Source of the DNA: Raillietiella orientalis
Lineage: Eukaryota
Length of the DNA: 64,000 nt
Assembly: GCA_036172245.1 (NCBI GenBank)
Contig: JAYWIR010000048.1
Location: 434,001-498,000, forward strand
Direction: 5' to 3'
Program-made: the position numbers and the translations under genes
The notes under the pieces: generated by a model
The model's input: the letters and a program-made list of their open reading frames with translations, nothing else
What the model was told of the DNA's origin: nothing
The model's database searches: none
Part shown: piece after piece, positions 37,420 through 50,255 of the stretch
Numbering within the stretch: position 1 is the stretch's first letter
Layout of the letters: every line of letters begins with the position of its first letter

Positions 37420-38750
37420 TTGTCACCAGCATGTCTTTTGGATATAAGTATTATATGTAATGCGTCCTCCTCCGCAATAAGGGATGCCACCACACCTCAG
37501 CAGCCAAACTGCCCAAGTGGACTGTGCCCACTGAAGGATGATGAAGACACTCCTGCAGATGCTGCTGGAACTTTTCCAGTCGCCTCGTCAATGGCGATTC
37601 CAATTTCGCTCCAGCGGCCAAGTCGTCCATCTGAAAGAAAGCCACCAGCGCTTCTGAGGAGGAGGACCGTGGTTTGCTTCCTCACTTCACGGAGGACAGT
37701 ACAAACAAAAAGCAAATGGTGGAGGAGGGGAATCTACGAAGGTGTTCCCCATAGCGGCCCGTTCCTGCAAGAAGTTGCCGACTGTCCTTCGGAGACGGCC
37801 TGAGCAGACTTCTACTAGGCAGAAGTCCCTCAACCAGTCGCCATGGTACTGGAAGTACCTGCTCGTGAGGCCATGGGGAGCAGCAGCAGATCATCGGCAC
37901 ACGCAGATGCGGCAGACATGCCTAAGTGCGAGCCTGGAAGGGCATCCAGAGTTTCCTGTGTGGCCCCCAGCACCAACCCGAAGTGGGTGCTGAAGAGCTG
38001 GGGGCTGAGACTGACTCCTTGCCTCACATCACGCCGTACCAGCATGCCGCACACGTCCTGGCCATTGAAAGAGGTGGTGGGTGATCAGCGCGGTGTGCCG
38101 CCGCCTGGAGCACAGGTAAGTCAGAAAGGTGTTTGGGAAGCCCATGAGTTCCAGTAGCTCCAGATGTAGTTGCTGGTAGAAGCAGCCGAATACTTCCTGC
38201 AAGTCGACTGCTACCGCATGGGCTCCCGGCACGTCCACTTCCACGGAGCTTCCCAGTCTCTGACCAACGAGGAATCCGAGATTCCTGTGGCCTCTTGATG
38301 CAGTCTCTTGTTGCGGCTGAAGTCCTGAAATGATCAGGAACAGGTTGGAGTGCATGAATCGTCCGGGAGAGCTCACGTCTGTTCCGGACTGACAGACGTA
38401 ATCGTTTCCTGAGAACGTCCATCCTGGGCCTTCAGTCCAAAGGTTCACAAGCAGCTTAGCGTTCGTGCTTACCACGATAACCGGACGCCGGTTGCCAGTT
38501 TTGCGCAATTTTTGCTTTTTGCGACCACGCTTTCGCTGACCGGAGGAAGGGATTGTACACCTCTCCCGTATAGCGAAACAGCGTGGTTAACTACCAGGGG
38601 GCATCGGCTGGCCCTGCAGCGAGGCGTTGGTAGAACTCCGCGGGCAGGCCGCTCTTCCTGAAGTTTCCTTCCTTCCGAGCTTTCCAGTGGTGATGATTGA
38701 TGATGACTTCGCTGATCGAGAAATGTCAGCTCACTCTCTCTGGCAACTCC
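37420..38750 (-). mobile_element. L1/Tx1-like LINE reverse transcriptase remnant
   Basis: SGLPAEFYQ, NRRPVIVVSTNAKLL, PGRFMHSN, AVDLQEVFG, LELMGFP, VRQGVSLSPQLF, CADDLLLL: RT subdomains in canonical order. Confidence 0.9.
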
Positions 38751-38759
38751 CCTTCATCG

Positions 38760-39100
38760 CCGTAACGCCTTCGGGCAATAAGCACTGCCAGTAGCCGCGT
38801 TCCAAAGGTGCCTTCGAGCGAAGGACGGGATCGTGAGCGCCCTGCCTGCGGTGGAGCCCTTAAGGGAACCCTTCTCAGGGAAGGCGAGTGGGAGTTCCCT
38901 GCTGGAAAGGTGGGACGTTACCTGTAGCATCTCAGGAAAGGTGGAATCTCTGGGTGGGTGTTCCACTCACCAATTGACGGATGCCGCTACCCCAAGCGCC
39001 CCATTAAGAGAATGGTGTCGATCGGCACAGCTGCTGGGCATTTATCTAGAAGATCTTCAGTTGCCAGCAGTTTTGAGTAGAGTGCAGCTCCACCCTTCCC
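38760..39100 (+). mobile_element. LINE ORF2 post-RT fragment in opposite orientation
   Basis: ERWDVTCSISGKVESLGGC...ATP...AQLLGIYLEDLQLPAVL is homologous to 36135-36340. Confidence 0.7.
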
Positions 39101-39820
39101 CTGAAGTAGAAGACGTCGGTGCTGCTAATCTTGCCTTGGGGGACTTCCGTGCAACTCCCCCCGACATTATTGGTCCAGAAGGAGTGTAAACCCGAACTTG
39201 TTGCAGGTGAGAAGAAAGAGACTCCTTCGCTCATCTGCTCACGGATCATATTGCTCTCCAGCTCCTCTGAGACAATCTCAGAGGCGTCGTGAAACACCTC
39301 TTCGAGCTTGATGCACTTCCTCCAGTCGCGTCCTTAGCAGCTCTTTGCTGCTTACACGGACTAGTGGTGGCTTGGAGCTGTGCGGAAAGAGGTCAGAACG
39401 AAAGAATACCATTCAATGGATGACGCTATTCGTGAGGATGGTCCCACCTACAATCCATGAAGATGAAACTTGCTGGCATCCTTGAAGAGATCCAGAGGAC
39501 GTCTCGCAATGTTCCGTGATCCTTTCCCCAACTTCCCTTCCCCAAGGCGTTTCCTTCTTTTACGTTTATTTTCCCGATGGTGATGAGATTTCGCTTTCTT
39601 TCCGTTTTCCCCTCCCCCTGTTGCTGACGCGTACCTTGCTGGTGTGCGTACCGACATCTCGGCGCATTCCCAGCACTTTGGACATGGCAGAACCAGAAGC
39701 ACCGCCGCTGCTATTTGCATGCAACTGGTAAACGCCCCAGCAATCGGGTGATAGAACTGCGATGGTGCCGAGCATCCCTGGTCCTGTTGGTCCAGCAAGG
39801 GAGACGAGCCGCACTGACGA
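39100..39820 (-). mobile_element. LINE APE endonuclease remnant
   Basis: WGVYQLHANSSGGASGSA, RRPLDL...FHLHGL (cf. GR......F....YAP), HSFW.....SSTDVFY (cf. YT......SRID.FY). Confidence 0.5.
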
Positions 39821-40009
39821 GCCTGCTGCTCTACGCAGGCTGTGCTTTTCTTTTTGCTTCTTTTTCCTTCTTCGCCACTTGCCATCTAGCGTCCCGGGTG
39901 CTGCTTCCCGGGGGTAGCTGTGCGGAATCCGGGTGTGTCGGCCCCCTCTCGACTGCCTATTGACCGATGACCTTCCTCTCTCTCTCGCAACCTTCCACTT
40001 TGCGAGGGT

Positions 40010-41330
40010 TTTTTTCACTCGGTCAGACCGGGGCGCTCATTTAATTAAAAAAAAATAGAGTCGAGAACACGCTAGTTTCCAACAGGAAACAAAAGAATTT
40101 CAAGAGGAAGTCGAGATGTCCGACAATCCGAAAAGAGAGGGAAGGAATAAAGAAAATAGGAAGTACAGGAGGGATAGAGCAAGGGTATTTGGTGTCGCTC
40201 CGTGTACACCAGAGGAGATATACAAAAAACCGGGAAAGGTAGGGAGCAAGAGCGAGTGAGCAATTAAAAACCAAAATGCATGAAAGGAGGCTGGGGACAA
40301 GAGTCATCGATGTCGGCCGCTCCGTCACTTCAGAGCCTGCGCTGAGATGCCGGCGATCTCCGCCTTCGCTCCTTCTTCGAGGTAGACCACCGTGCAGCCG
40401 CCTCCATGTAGGCAGCTGCCATATTGTTGACCTCCCATCACTGAGTAGTCTTGCACGTGGCGGGCAGTGAAGATGGCGCGGACGCAACCCATCATTTGCC
40501 ATCACTGTGGCCGTCGAAAGTTCGTGGGCCACGAAGGACCATTGCAGCAGGTCGCGAGAGGTGTCCTCCTGGTGCAAGAGCGTTGGCGCCAGTCTCTGCC
40601 GCATTTCCTGGAGGGCACCATAGTCCAAAAGCAGGAGAGGTGAGATCGACTTCGCCTCCCCGCACCCAACACGGATCGGGGATGCAACTCCCGAGGCTGC
40701 TCATTGCTCATTGCACTGGAATTCCTAGTGAAGGAAGAGCAGCACGACCTGCTTCCAGAAGAGCGAGAACACAGAAGCGAACAGGAAAATTCTTCGGGAG
40801 CATTAACTCAGGAGTTGACTCCATCGAAGGAGTCTTGTCGCCACACTAAGCAGAGTGGCAGCAACCCGCGCGTCTTTCAGTAGCCAAGGAGTTTGCTCTT
40901 CCTGCGATCGTGAGGGAAAACCCACCTCGAAAGTTGACAGCTGTCGTCGCTCTTACTGAGGGTAGATGGCGTTGCGGCAAGGAGCGTGGAGGCCATGGTC
41001 GACTACTTTGCCGTGTCCCGCATCGCCACTTCTAAGGGGGATTGGAGCAAAAAGTGGCGCAGAGGGCAAAGTTCCTCGAAGAGCATTCCCTAAAATTGAG
41101 CCCAGGACTCAACAGCCTCCTGTCGCCGGGTACTGACGTTCACTGGGCAGGGTTCTTTGCGGAGGGACGGTGTGCTTGGATGCGCCTGATCCCTCCGCAT
41201 TCGCAGCGTGTGATCTCGGGAGACTCTAAAATTTTTCCTGCAATACGTACGGATTTTTGAGCTTTCCTACAAATTGTGGGTCGACGTATCCTCCTGCGAT
41301 CTGTAGTCTGAGGGAAACCACACTCTCTTT
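40010..41330 (-). mobile_element. Internally deleted LINE (ORF1 part joined to ORF2 zinc finger and 3'UTR)
   Basis: ORF1-like EVAMRGHGKVV (~41000-41030), then PDPC...LLLDYGALQEMRQRLA (zinc finger, ~40580-40680), T-rich UTR, terminal GCGCCCCGGTCTGACCGAGT-GAAAAAAA. Confidence 0.65.
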
Positions 41331-41334
41331 GCGG

Positions 41335-42025
41335 AAGGTGCTTCTCTCCCTTCAAGATACCCAATGAATCCAGGAAGACCTTTGAAAGGAGGAGTCCGTT
41401 CCTTTCACGCTTAAGAGGGATCCCTGAAGGAAACCCTTAACCCTGGTTGTCTCCGAAGGAAATCCCGGAGAGGGTCCACTTCGTTGTTTCTTCCCCGAAG
41501 AGAACCAGGAAAGAATCCGCTATTGGAATTTTTTCTCCGGGGGAGACCCGCAAGGGAACCGCTCCTAGTTTCCTCCTCTGAAGAGAACCCGGAGAAGACG
41601 CTTTTGAATTTTTTCTTAAAGGCCCTGCCCAAAAGGAGAAGCAGTCTTCTTGCACTCTGGAGGTTATCGTCAATCTATCAACTCCATGGTGAGAAATGGA
41701 GAGTCCTCTCCGATGAAGGAGGGGAGACATCTCCTTTGGATAACCCGAGGGAAACCCCAAAGGGGACCGGACTCCTTGATTCTGTTTCCTGGAAGGACCC
41801 CCGATGGTCGACTGTCAATCCTGGCTACTCATCGGAGTCATCCGGTTTTTCGGCCACCAGACCGCACCCGAATAGAGGCCAACCAGCGTCATCTTGCAGA
41901 AGGAACTCGACCCAACGACGCACTTATTTCTCTGGCGCCGATCCTTCTCCGGGTGGGATTCGAACACGCGGTGCCTAGTGCGCCACGCGCGGAGACCGTG
42001 ACCACGTGGCCTCCTACGCGGGCTG
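41335..42025 (-). mobile_element. Long SINE, copy D
   Basis: Head GCGTAGGAGGCCACGTGG...GTTCGAATCC (B-box 41956-41965 minus); colinear with copies A and C; extreme 3' end missing. Confidence 0.88.
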
Positions 42026-42039
42026 CCTCCTTTCCACTA

Positions 42040-42600
42040 GACGGTCGCTCGTGCAAGGGAATGGACTTTTCCCGCAGCGCGTGCGCCCTTCCGAAAGCGC
42101 GGACAGTTCTTTCCAGTTATCGCCCTTCTCAGCACTGTGCCGGTGAAATGAACCAAGGCGGAACGGTCCTCCGCCGTGGATGGGAGACTGTGTCCCTCGG
42201 TTGTGGTCGGGGATCCCAGCAGACGTCGAGAAAGGCCTGCATCTTTGCGGATCAGCTCGGCGATCCCACACAAGTTCTTCCTTGGCAGCGTGGAGCTTTC
42301 GCAGCTCTTGCACGAGGGGTCGCGCCGCGCAACCCACCTTGTACTGAGGAAAGGGTTGTGCCCCTGAGCCTCGCATGACCGGATTTCCTCTTCGACTGTT
42401 AGGGTATCCTTGGCTACCTGACTCCACATCCTGCAGTCCTGCCGTTCTGGGAGGGCGATTCTTGGAAGGACGTGACCTCCTCCACCTCCATAGCCGGGGT
42501 CAAGGGAAGGGTGGGAGGATAAAGAGCCCCTGAGAAAGGAGGAGAGGATTGCCCTGAATCAATCTCGAAAACCGGAGTGGCTGATTCGTAGTACAAGGGA
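42040..42600 (-). mobile_element. LINE ORF2 zinc-finger-region fragment
   Basis: MWSQVAKDTL...GHNPF..RWVARRDPSCKSCE. Confidence 0.5.
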
Positions 42601-43739
42601 GGAGTGTATAAACACGGGCGTTGACGTACCTACCCAGTGGACACGTAATTCTCCCTAAAGTTCACGAAAGTCCAGAAATCACGAATGTCGAACTACAACG
42701 CAGGTGGTCAGGAGGACATGTTGAAACGTACAGTAGTGACTGCCCTAGGGAGCCACGTAAAGGTACAAACATTTGTGTTTGGCGTAACAAAACTATCGAA
42801 AATAGATGTAGCTAAAAAAGAAAAAAAAAAAAAAAAGCCTAAAATATTGGTACCATGAAAGCAGAAACAGATCTCCCTTTCCCGAATGCGGTTGGTCATC
42901 TTTCACATGTTTGGCATCCATCCCGTTTACGTTTCCCTCCGCGTGGATGTGTGTGTCAGGTGAACTCCTTCAAATGCACGGGTGGTCATTTGAAAGCTGA
43001 AAAGGCACGTGTGTGCGTCTTCGAGCTCGCAGAAGCTCAGAAGCACTGCCGAACTGGCGAAGAACGCCATCAAAATTAATCAACATAATTAGAATTAGGA
43101 AACTTTTGAGGAGCGTGCACACTTCCATTAGAGAGAACCTTGGAGTTTAGAAGAAGTTTGGTGTACTCCGACGTTGCATAATGGAAATTTCTACATAATG
43201 AAACTTCCATTCTACGGAGCCGCACTCATTCTACTTCCATTCAGCCTTTCACTATGCCATGAGAAAAAAAGGCTAATTATTATCCTCCTTGCGATGTTCA
43301 AGATGGAAGAATAATAATTGGTGTGTAAAATAAGACGAGGCAAAGAGAGGTAGACCGTGGCAACTGTGATGCAGAAAACAGTGGTACCTTTCAATTTGCC
43401 GGACTGTACCTCTGACAGATGATGATAGATCTGCATTTCATATTCCAAGCTGCGTGCTTGGTAATACAGAATCCTCATGACGATACGATAGTTACTCCCT
43501 TGTTTTTTTTTTTTTTTTTTTTGTAGGGATGTACCTGTCTAGATGTTATTATCAGGAGACTGTGGTGTCTCTGCAAGAAAACTAATACGGCGCGCGGAAG
43601 ATGTCGAGGTAAATACTTGCCATGAAACATAAGGAGGCGATGTTGGCGTGGATACAAAGTACGAGTTAATCGTCGTTGGTGTCGAGCTGAAACTTTGTTC
43701 CACACAATCCATCAGTAATTCTATTTTGAACATGCAATA

Positions 43740-44495
43740 CCTTAGAAATCAATCCCAGCTTAGTATTAAAACCCAATAATAACCACCTCCAAGCTCATAA
43801 CTCTCTCCACCATCTAACATCTACAAAACAGAACACAGACAAGAATTTCATCCATTGGAAACTCATTCTTTTATTCATTAACCCTTTGAGTTCTGAGCTC
43901 ATCACATTGAAACGTTCCGTGTCGACGGCACGCGAGTCTCAGTGTCGACCTCTGCGGACGGCACGCTTTTTCCCGCGTACCGCGTAGGCTATCAGAGGTA
44001 CCAACTGACCACACAAAGTGCTGATTAAAGTTGCTATTGCAACTGCCTGTTTGCACCACATGGAATGAAATATTTGCGTTTCCCCCGGAAAAGTAATTTT
44101 TTATTCGAAAATTATCATTATGGCTCCAATAAAATCGAGGATTCATTGGGGTTTGGTACAATATAATGAAATTTCGTTCACTGCTAAGGGAATCGTAAGA
44201 GCGCAAGTCTTTGCGTCCATCTCAGACACCGATAGTGTCAACTTGTGTCGTGTGTAAGAGGCAAAAACATTTGCCAGACGCACATATGCGTCCATAGCTC
44301 TCAAAGGGTTAATAACCACACCAAATAAATGCAATTTAACTATACTTTGTTTCAAACAGCACCAACGAAGTCCTTTTCATCCTATCCCTTGACCCCAAAC
44401 CTCTTACTAGTTTCAATCCTATAATCATTATCACTGCACTTCCTCAATCTTTTTTTTACCATGAACCCCATCATCCTAACCAATACTCAACCAAC
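43740..44495 (+). pseudogene. nad2: Old NUMT, probably nad2, split by a piggyBac MITE
   Basis: G-poor flanks on both sides of the MITE. LEIN...PMM (43742-), SIG..ILLF, then after the MITE FK....PFH...WP (PFH at 44372-44380, TGA=Trp at 44390): the nad2 motif order. Confidence 0.5.
43882..44308. mobile_element. piggyBac-type non-autonomous element (MITE), 427 bp
   Basis: TTAA (43878-43881) | CCCTTTGAG ... CTCAAAGGG | TTAA (44309-44312): TTAA target duplication and CCC/GGG termini. Confidence 0.8.
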
Positions 44496-47400
44496 AGGCG
44501 CCCTTACAATCGCCACGTGTTTTTCCCTAACACATGGCAAAAGACCTCTCAATTTCTTCTGCAGTAATCCTAGCCCTTACCATTGCGAAAGCAATTCCAA
44601 ATAATTCACGAGGTGCGATATGCATTCCTCACGCCAACCGCTTGAGGTGGCACCAAAGTCAGCAACCTCATGGGTTTTAAGGAAACCACATTTCTTAACT
44701 TGGGAAAATCGAGCGTTTCTGTTTTCCAGTTCCGTTGTGAGGATCCTCCAAGGTTTTTTCAATGGGAAGACCTGCTGCCCATCATTTCTTGAGCGTTCGC
44801 TCCCCGACAAGGGTGTGGGTGAAACCTCCACTACCACAAAGCTGCCTCGTTGGCAGCTTGCTGTCTAAAAGGCAGCGCTTATCTGAGGTGAAGATAAGAA
44901 GTGAAGATAAGAACGAGGAAGAAATGGAAAATCGGACCGAAGAATCTCCTTCAAGGAATTTTCCATCTCGCAGTCAGCTTCATAGAAATGACTTTCATCC
45001 GAAAGTGCAGCTCCGGACCTTTTCCCATCCATCAGTAGCGTCATTAGCAGTCAGCAGGGGTCCCCGTCAATAGAGCAGACACAGGAAAGTACCCACGCCG
45101 TTGGCATATTCCGTGCTGATGGTGGCTGTCTTCGTGCTTTTGGATACTCAGAGTGTTTAGGAGAAGAAGAAAGGAACTCCTGTAGAGTGAAGTTCGCGGA
45201 CAGCAGCAGGAGGAAACTCGAATTTCTTCCGAGATTGATTTTGTAGTGCTCCACTCTAGTATGAAAACAAGAAAAGTCGTCCATCCTCTTCTCTCAGTAG
45301 CTGGTGTTTAAAGATTCGCATTTTTGCAGTAGCCATCATAAATTTGTAGCGGTCGAGTTCCTCTTCCACATGCAACCGCGTGTCATGTATATATATGTAT
45401 GTATTTCCTTCATGGATTTGCATATCTCAACACTCATCCATACGCATCTCTCAAGAAGAGGAACGCAGTTGCTGATCCCCGATCCGGCATTGAGTTTTTC
45501 CTCTTTGCCTCCTCCTCCAACTCCGCTTTTGAGGCGGAAGCAAACCATTCGTTGGCACTCTCTCGGCAAAGCTCCGCAGAGACGACGGGACCTCCAAGGC
45601 GATGCGAAAATCGATAGCGACACAGTTCGACGGGAGTACAAGGAAGGGCAAGCTGAAGAAAAGATGCCCAGCCTCGGGCGATTCAGCTTGCCGAGACCAT
45701 CGCCCTCAGCCCAAAACTGAAAGCACGAAAGGACCGCGTCGCACAGCCGGAAGAATAAGCACCTTTCCGACCCCGATGCGAACCGTCGTCCACGTGTCTT
45801 TCCATAGGTCACGTCCCACCGCTTGGCGGAAACGGGAGTACTCGAAGGATCGGAGCGTACCTACTCACCGGCGCAACTCAACCGCGTGGACGCAGCCCCG
45901 CGTCCGCAAGTTTGGCTCTCCGGAGAGCGCCAGCTGTTTGCCGCACGCCCCGGGATATGCGAACTCCGAACCTGAATCTGCAGAACCTGCTAAGATCCAT
46001 TCGCTGACGTAAGGTCGGAGACCGTACCATGGAGGCGCGGACGGCCAAAGCGCGTTTCTTGTGGTTTCGGCGCTTTCAGGATCTGCGAGTTGATTTCTCT
46101 CCCAGGCTTCAAGGCTTTGCTTCTCATGCTATGGTGTCTACGTCGCCCATGAGCGAACTCAGAGCTGCATCGCATGGAGATGTTGACTTGTTTCTCCCTA
46201 ATTCGGTGCATGCGACCTTCCTGTGTCTTTCCCTGTTCCTTCCGGTTTTCCGTTCGCAAAGAGTTCCTCTGCAGCACAGGGAGCACGAGGCAATCAACCC
46301 AGCTTGTCAATGACTCATCAACTGATCCCAGATTTCTTGAAAGGCCATTTAGAAAGTACCAGAAACGTGCTTCGGTATCATTCCTGGTGCTGCAGTCACT
46401 CGAACGTAATGCTGGGAAGTTCTTCATCAGTCTGTAACTTTGTTCCTTATTTACCCTTCGCCCCTTTCCGAGGGTCCCGGCGGAGGAATTGCACCGATTT
46501 CACCCGTTCTGCTGTTGATGGCGCACATTGAAATTTCCACTTTGCCTTCGGAGCCCACGAGGCGCATTTGGGCTGCAGAGGCGTTACCACGAGAGTTGCT
46601 GCCCAATGGATTCATCAGTGCTGAGATCGTACGAGTGGAAGAGACGAAATCGCCTTCGGTTTTCAGGATGCGTGGATTCTTTGAATTCTCCGGACCCCCC
46701 ATCGGAACGGTGGGAGCCATCAAAACCTTACGTCTTTCAAGCAGCATACCTCCGTGCTACTGTAAGCCGCAGGGCGTGAAGCTGCCATGGCGTCAGTGCT
46801 TCGGAGCAGCAGTGATAACGCAGCGAGCTGTCACGTGTCTTCCTCACGGGTCAGAACGCCCTCACCGTGGGAAAGAGTGTTTACTAATATGCCACACGTG
46901 TGTGGTTCTCATAAATTAGGCGGATCTGAATTTCCTCTCCCAAAGCACAATTCAAACATGTTATCTAAAGTACCAGTAATTCATTAAACATAACACGTGT
47001 ATAATACGATGCACAGTACTGTCGTTTTAAAGGAATTTGAAAAACATGTACTTAAAGTAGACCCATGTATGACGAGGATTCGTATAACGCGAAGCAAAAT
47101 GGCGACGGTCCGCGTATAACGCGGTAAATTGCAATATATTTGACCACGCGCTACGCTGTGGATCAATTTTAACTTTGTGGTACAGGACACTTGCTTTTGA
47201 AAAGAATACGGGCAAGTGATTTAAGGAGGCTGAATTTTGCTCCACTCAAATTTCTTAAGTGAAATAACTCAAGATACATGCTTCAACAAGAACTATAGAG
47301 CGGACAATAGAATGCTTAGAATAGAAACCAACAAAACTAGAAAAGCTTCGTTTTACTTTAGGTCGAACAATAAATTCTTTTGATTTTTCTTCAAAATGAG

Positions 47401-48795
47401 ATAATAGAAATTCGATGCGAGGTATAAGACGCATTTTCATTTTTTTATAAATATGACTCCATTAACCACGTATAATCTGTAAGGACGGTCCCCACAACAG
47501 CGAACCTATCCTCAGCTCTATGCGGGCCCTACTGCAGACAGTTTTTTCATTTTTATTAAATACGATAAAATAACATTAGAAATTACTTATTTCCTGTCAG
47601 TCATCTTTTATTAAGGCTCGATGCAACGTTCCGGAGAGAGGTCAAAGTAATGCTGTTCCAAGGACATGGAAAATCTAAAGAATTTACAAGCTCTGAAGGA
47701 TATGAGCTAGAAAGGCAAGCAAAACATCACTATTAAAAAAAGGGGGGGGAAAAAGTGTTGTGTTTCTGAAGGAAAAAAGTTTAGTTCGGAATAATCATTT
47801 CCAGTAACAGAGAAAAACTGATTCCTGAGCGGATGAGTCCATGAAATTTCTTGAAATCCACCTCTAAACTATGGATTTCAGGAACTGACTGAACAGCATA
47901 TTCAGTGAGTACGAAAGACATTGCCTCCCATTAAATCCAGCTTCCTGCCTTTTATAACCTATCAGGTTCGATAGATTAGATCATCAGAGTGCGGAACCCG
48001 ATGGTTGTCGAACAGCCATCAAATAGTCGTCCAAAGTCGAACTCGACCGACTCGCAGAGGAGCCGAGATCACCTTCAGTCTAGCCATCAGATGCAAGAAT
48101 TCCTTGCACACCTTCCTGGTTCACGTTCCTCTCACACCGTCCCACTTGTGGCAATGGCGACGCCATCGAGCAGTCATTCCTCGGTAAAGCCAATGCCATC
48201 AGAACTTTCGAGAGATGGGAGCGTCCAATCTTTTCCGGAGCAACCATTCCAGGCGATTCCTTAAATGCGTGAAATAATGACAGCTTAGAATTTCCACCAT
48301 GGACGAAAACAAATTAAAAAACCCTTTCTAGAAAAAAAAAAAAAAAAAAATATTTCAAATCATTATTAAAAAGTCTGATCCTACTTCTGTTCGGACCAAC
48401 TGATCCCAGTTAGATAGTGGGAACACTAGTTTGATGGCCAGGAGAAGAGGCGACACGAAGCCCTGAGGAGCAGTCCGATGGCAAATTAAAGTAATGGACG
48501 AGATCTAGCGAAATGACGTGTCGGGGTCATTCATTCGCGAATGACGCTTGGCTCCGCAGACTGACGTGTGTTTTCAAATTCACGAAAAATCCTACCGAGA
48601 GAGACAAGAAGAGGTCGAAGATGAGTTCCGATGCTACGTAAGCGAATACAGCGGGAGGAATGAGGGCTCTATCCGGGGTGGCATCAGGACCACGTACTGT
48701 GCAGATATGACAACCACTGGTGATACCAGAACAAGTAGGCGAGGCAGGAAAATCCGCTACCAGCCACCCTTCCTACTTGCGAGTGGCTTACAAGT

Positions 48796-49150
48796 CCACG
48801 TTGGCGGCAGCGGTCTCCGGGAGTGGAACCAAACGTTGAGGGTTCGAATCCCCACGTAAAGGACCGACACTGAGGAATGGGTGCTCCGTGGGGGACTTCG
48901 AGTCCTCCCCGTAAGATGACGCTGGTTCGCCTTATAGGCTTCGGGTGTGTGGCACTGGCGGAAACCGGAATCCCCTGGATGTCCCCGTCGAGTGGCCGGT
49001 ATCGGAAGTTGACCCTACGGGGTCCTTCCAGGTATAAGAAAGCCGGTTCCCTACGAGGTTCCCTCCGGTTGTGAAAATTGAGCTGTCCCCTCCTCCCTCA
49101 GAGAAAAACCCTCCATCGCGCTCCATGGAGCTGGTTGATACCTCTCCAGA
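48796..49150 (+). mobile_element. Long SINE, copy E (5' ~350 bp)
   Basis: B-box GGTTCGAATCC at 48841-48851; close to copy A (CACGTTGGCGGC, GGTCTCCG, CCCCACGT, GGTCCTTCCAG, GCTGGTTGATACC). Confidence 0.85.
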
Positions 49151-49419
49151 GTGACATTTGCTCGCAAAGACAAAAACACATGGCGTTCTCGCATATTTTT
49201 GTCCTTATCCTACGTAATTATACATCGCTTGCTGAAAAGTTCCACTGCTGCGTGTGCTTTAAGCGTCGCGGTTGTCATCCCATGTCAGAGATGGAAGCCT
49301 TTGAATAGACACCGAAATCACTCATCTGAGATCGAGTTTTTTTTTCGCACTGTTACGTGGCAACGGAACGGTAAATATTCCGCCCGGATGGAATTCTTGA
49401 TTTCCGGGGAAAGGAGAAC

Positions 49420-50255
49420 AACTCGGCGACGGGTGTGCCACGGCTCACCACACAGGGAGATACACCTGCAAGAGGAGAGAGCTCTGAAAGCATCAGATAT
49501 CCAACGCTTGTATCCTGGCGACCAAAGCCGCCATCCGCGACGTGATGAAGGACAGCTATCCGGAAGAAGAAGGCATCCTTTCCAGGGTTGCCAAGTGCTG
49601 CAGGACCCAGATGGTAAACCTGAAAGCGGTTGGAACCACTTTCTTCTGGAACGACCTTCCACGAGGCACTCAGGACTGCCACCTCCTGTTTTACCATGGA
49701 CGCATCCCGAGTGGGAGCGAGACAGCAGCACACTGGACTGGCAACATCGAAGACGAGCTCTGCAAGGCGTGTGGCAGCAGGGAGACTCAGCCCCATGCTT
49801 CCACCTATCCGACGCTGCTCCAGGGCTAGAGTACTCTGGAGGAGGCGATCGGCCTGCAGAAGACCGCAAGAGTGCAGATTCGAGCGGGAACGTTCGACGG
49901 GAACACAATTGTCCCGCGCTACAATCCCGTGGTTCAGAACACCGTCGCCCTCTTCATCACGAGCATCGCGACGAGAAGGGCAAGGATGAGGAACAAGGAA
50001 AGCTACAGCACCCACCACCAACATATTACAAGGACTTATAAAGCGAGGAATAGGGATCGCGGACACCGTGTGTACGCCGGACGTACCTCTACCGTCTTGC
50101 AGAAGATCGCGGACGTGACCCGAGCGAATGGACCGCCCTCCAGCCCCCAGCGACCCTATATCGAGGGAACGACCCCGATGGTGACATCCCAAAGGACACT
50201 GTATGTGGGGAAACAGGGAACTGTGAGAATCCGCAGATGGAACGTGAGCGAATGA
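49420..50255 (+). mobile_element. LINE ORF2 3' fragment (zinc finger)
   Basis: FWNDLPRGTQDCHLLFYHGRIPSG...CKACGSRETQPH. Confidence 0.75.

Noticed and set aside
45990..46430. LTR-retrotransposon gag (FLNGL motif)
   Set aside because: Single short motif; no LTRs, primer-binding site or pol sequence seen.
47181..47481. Tc1/mariner MITE (TACAG...CTGTA)
   Set aside because: Inverted similarity does not extend beyond 5 bp.
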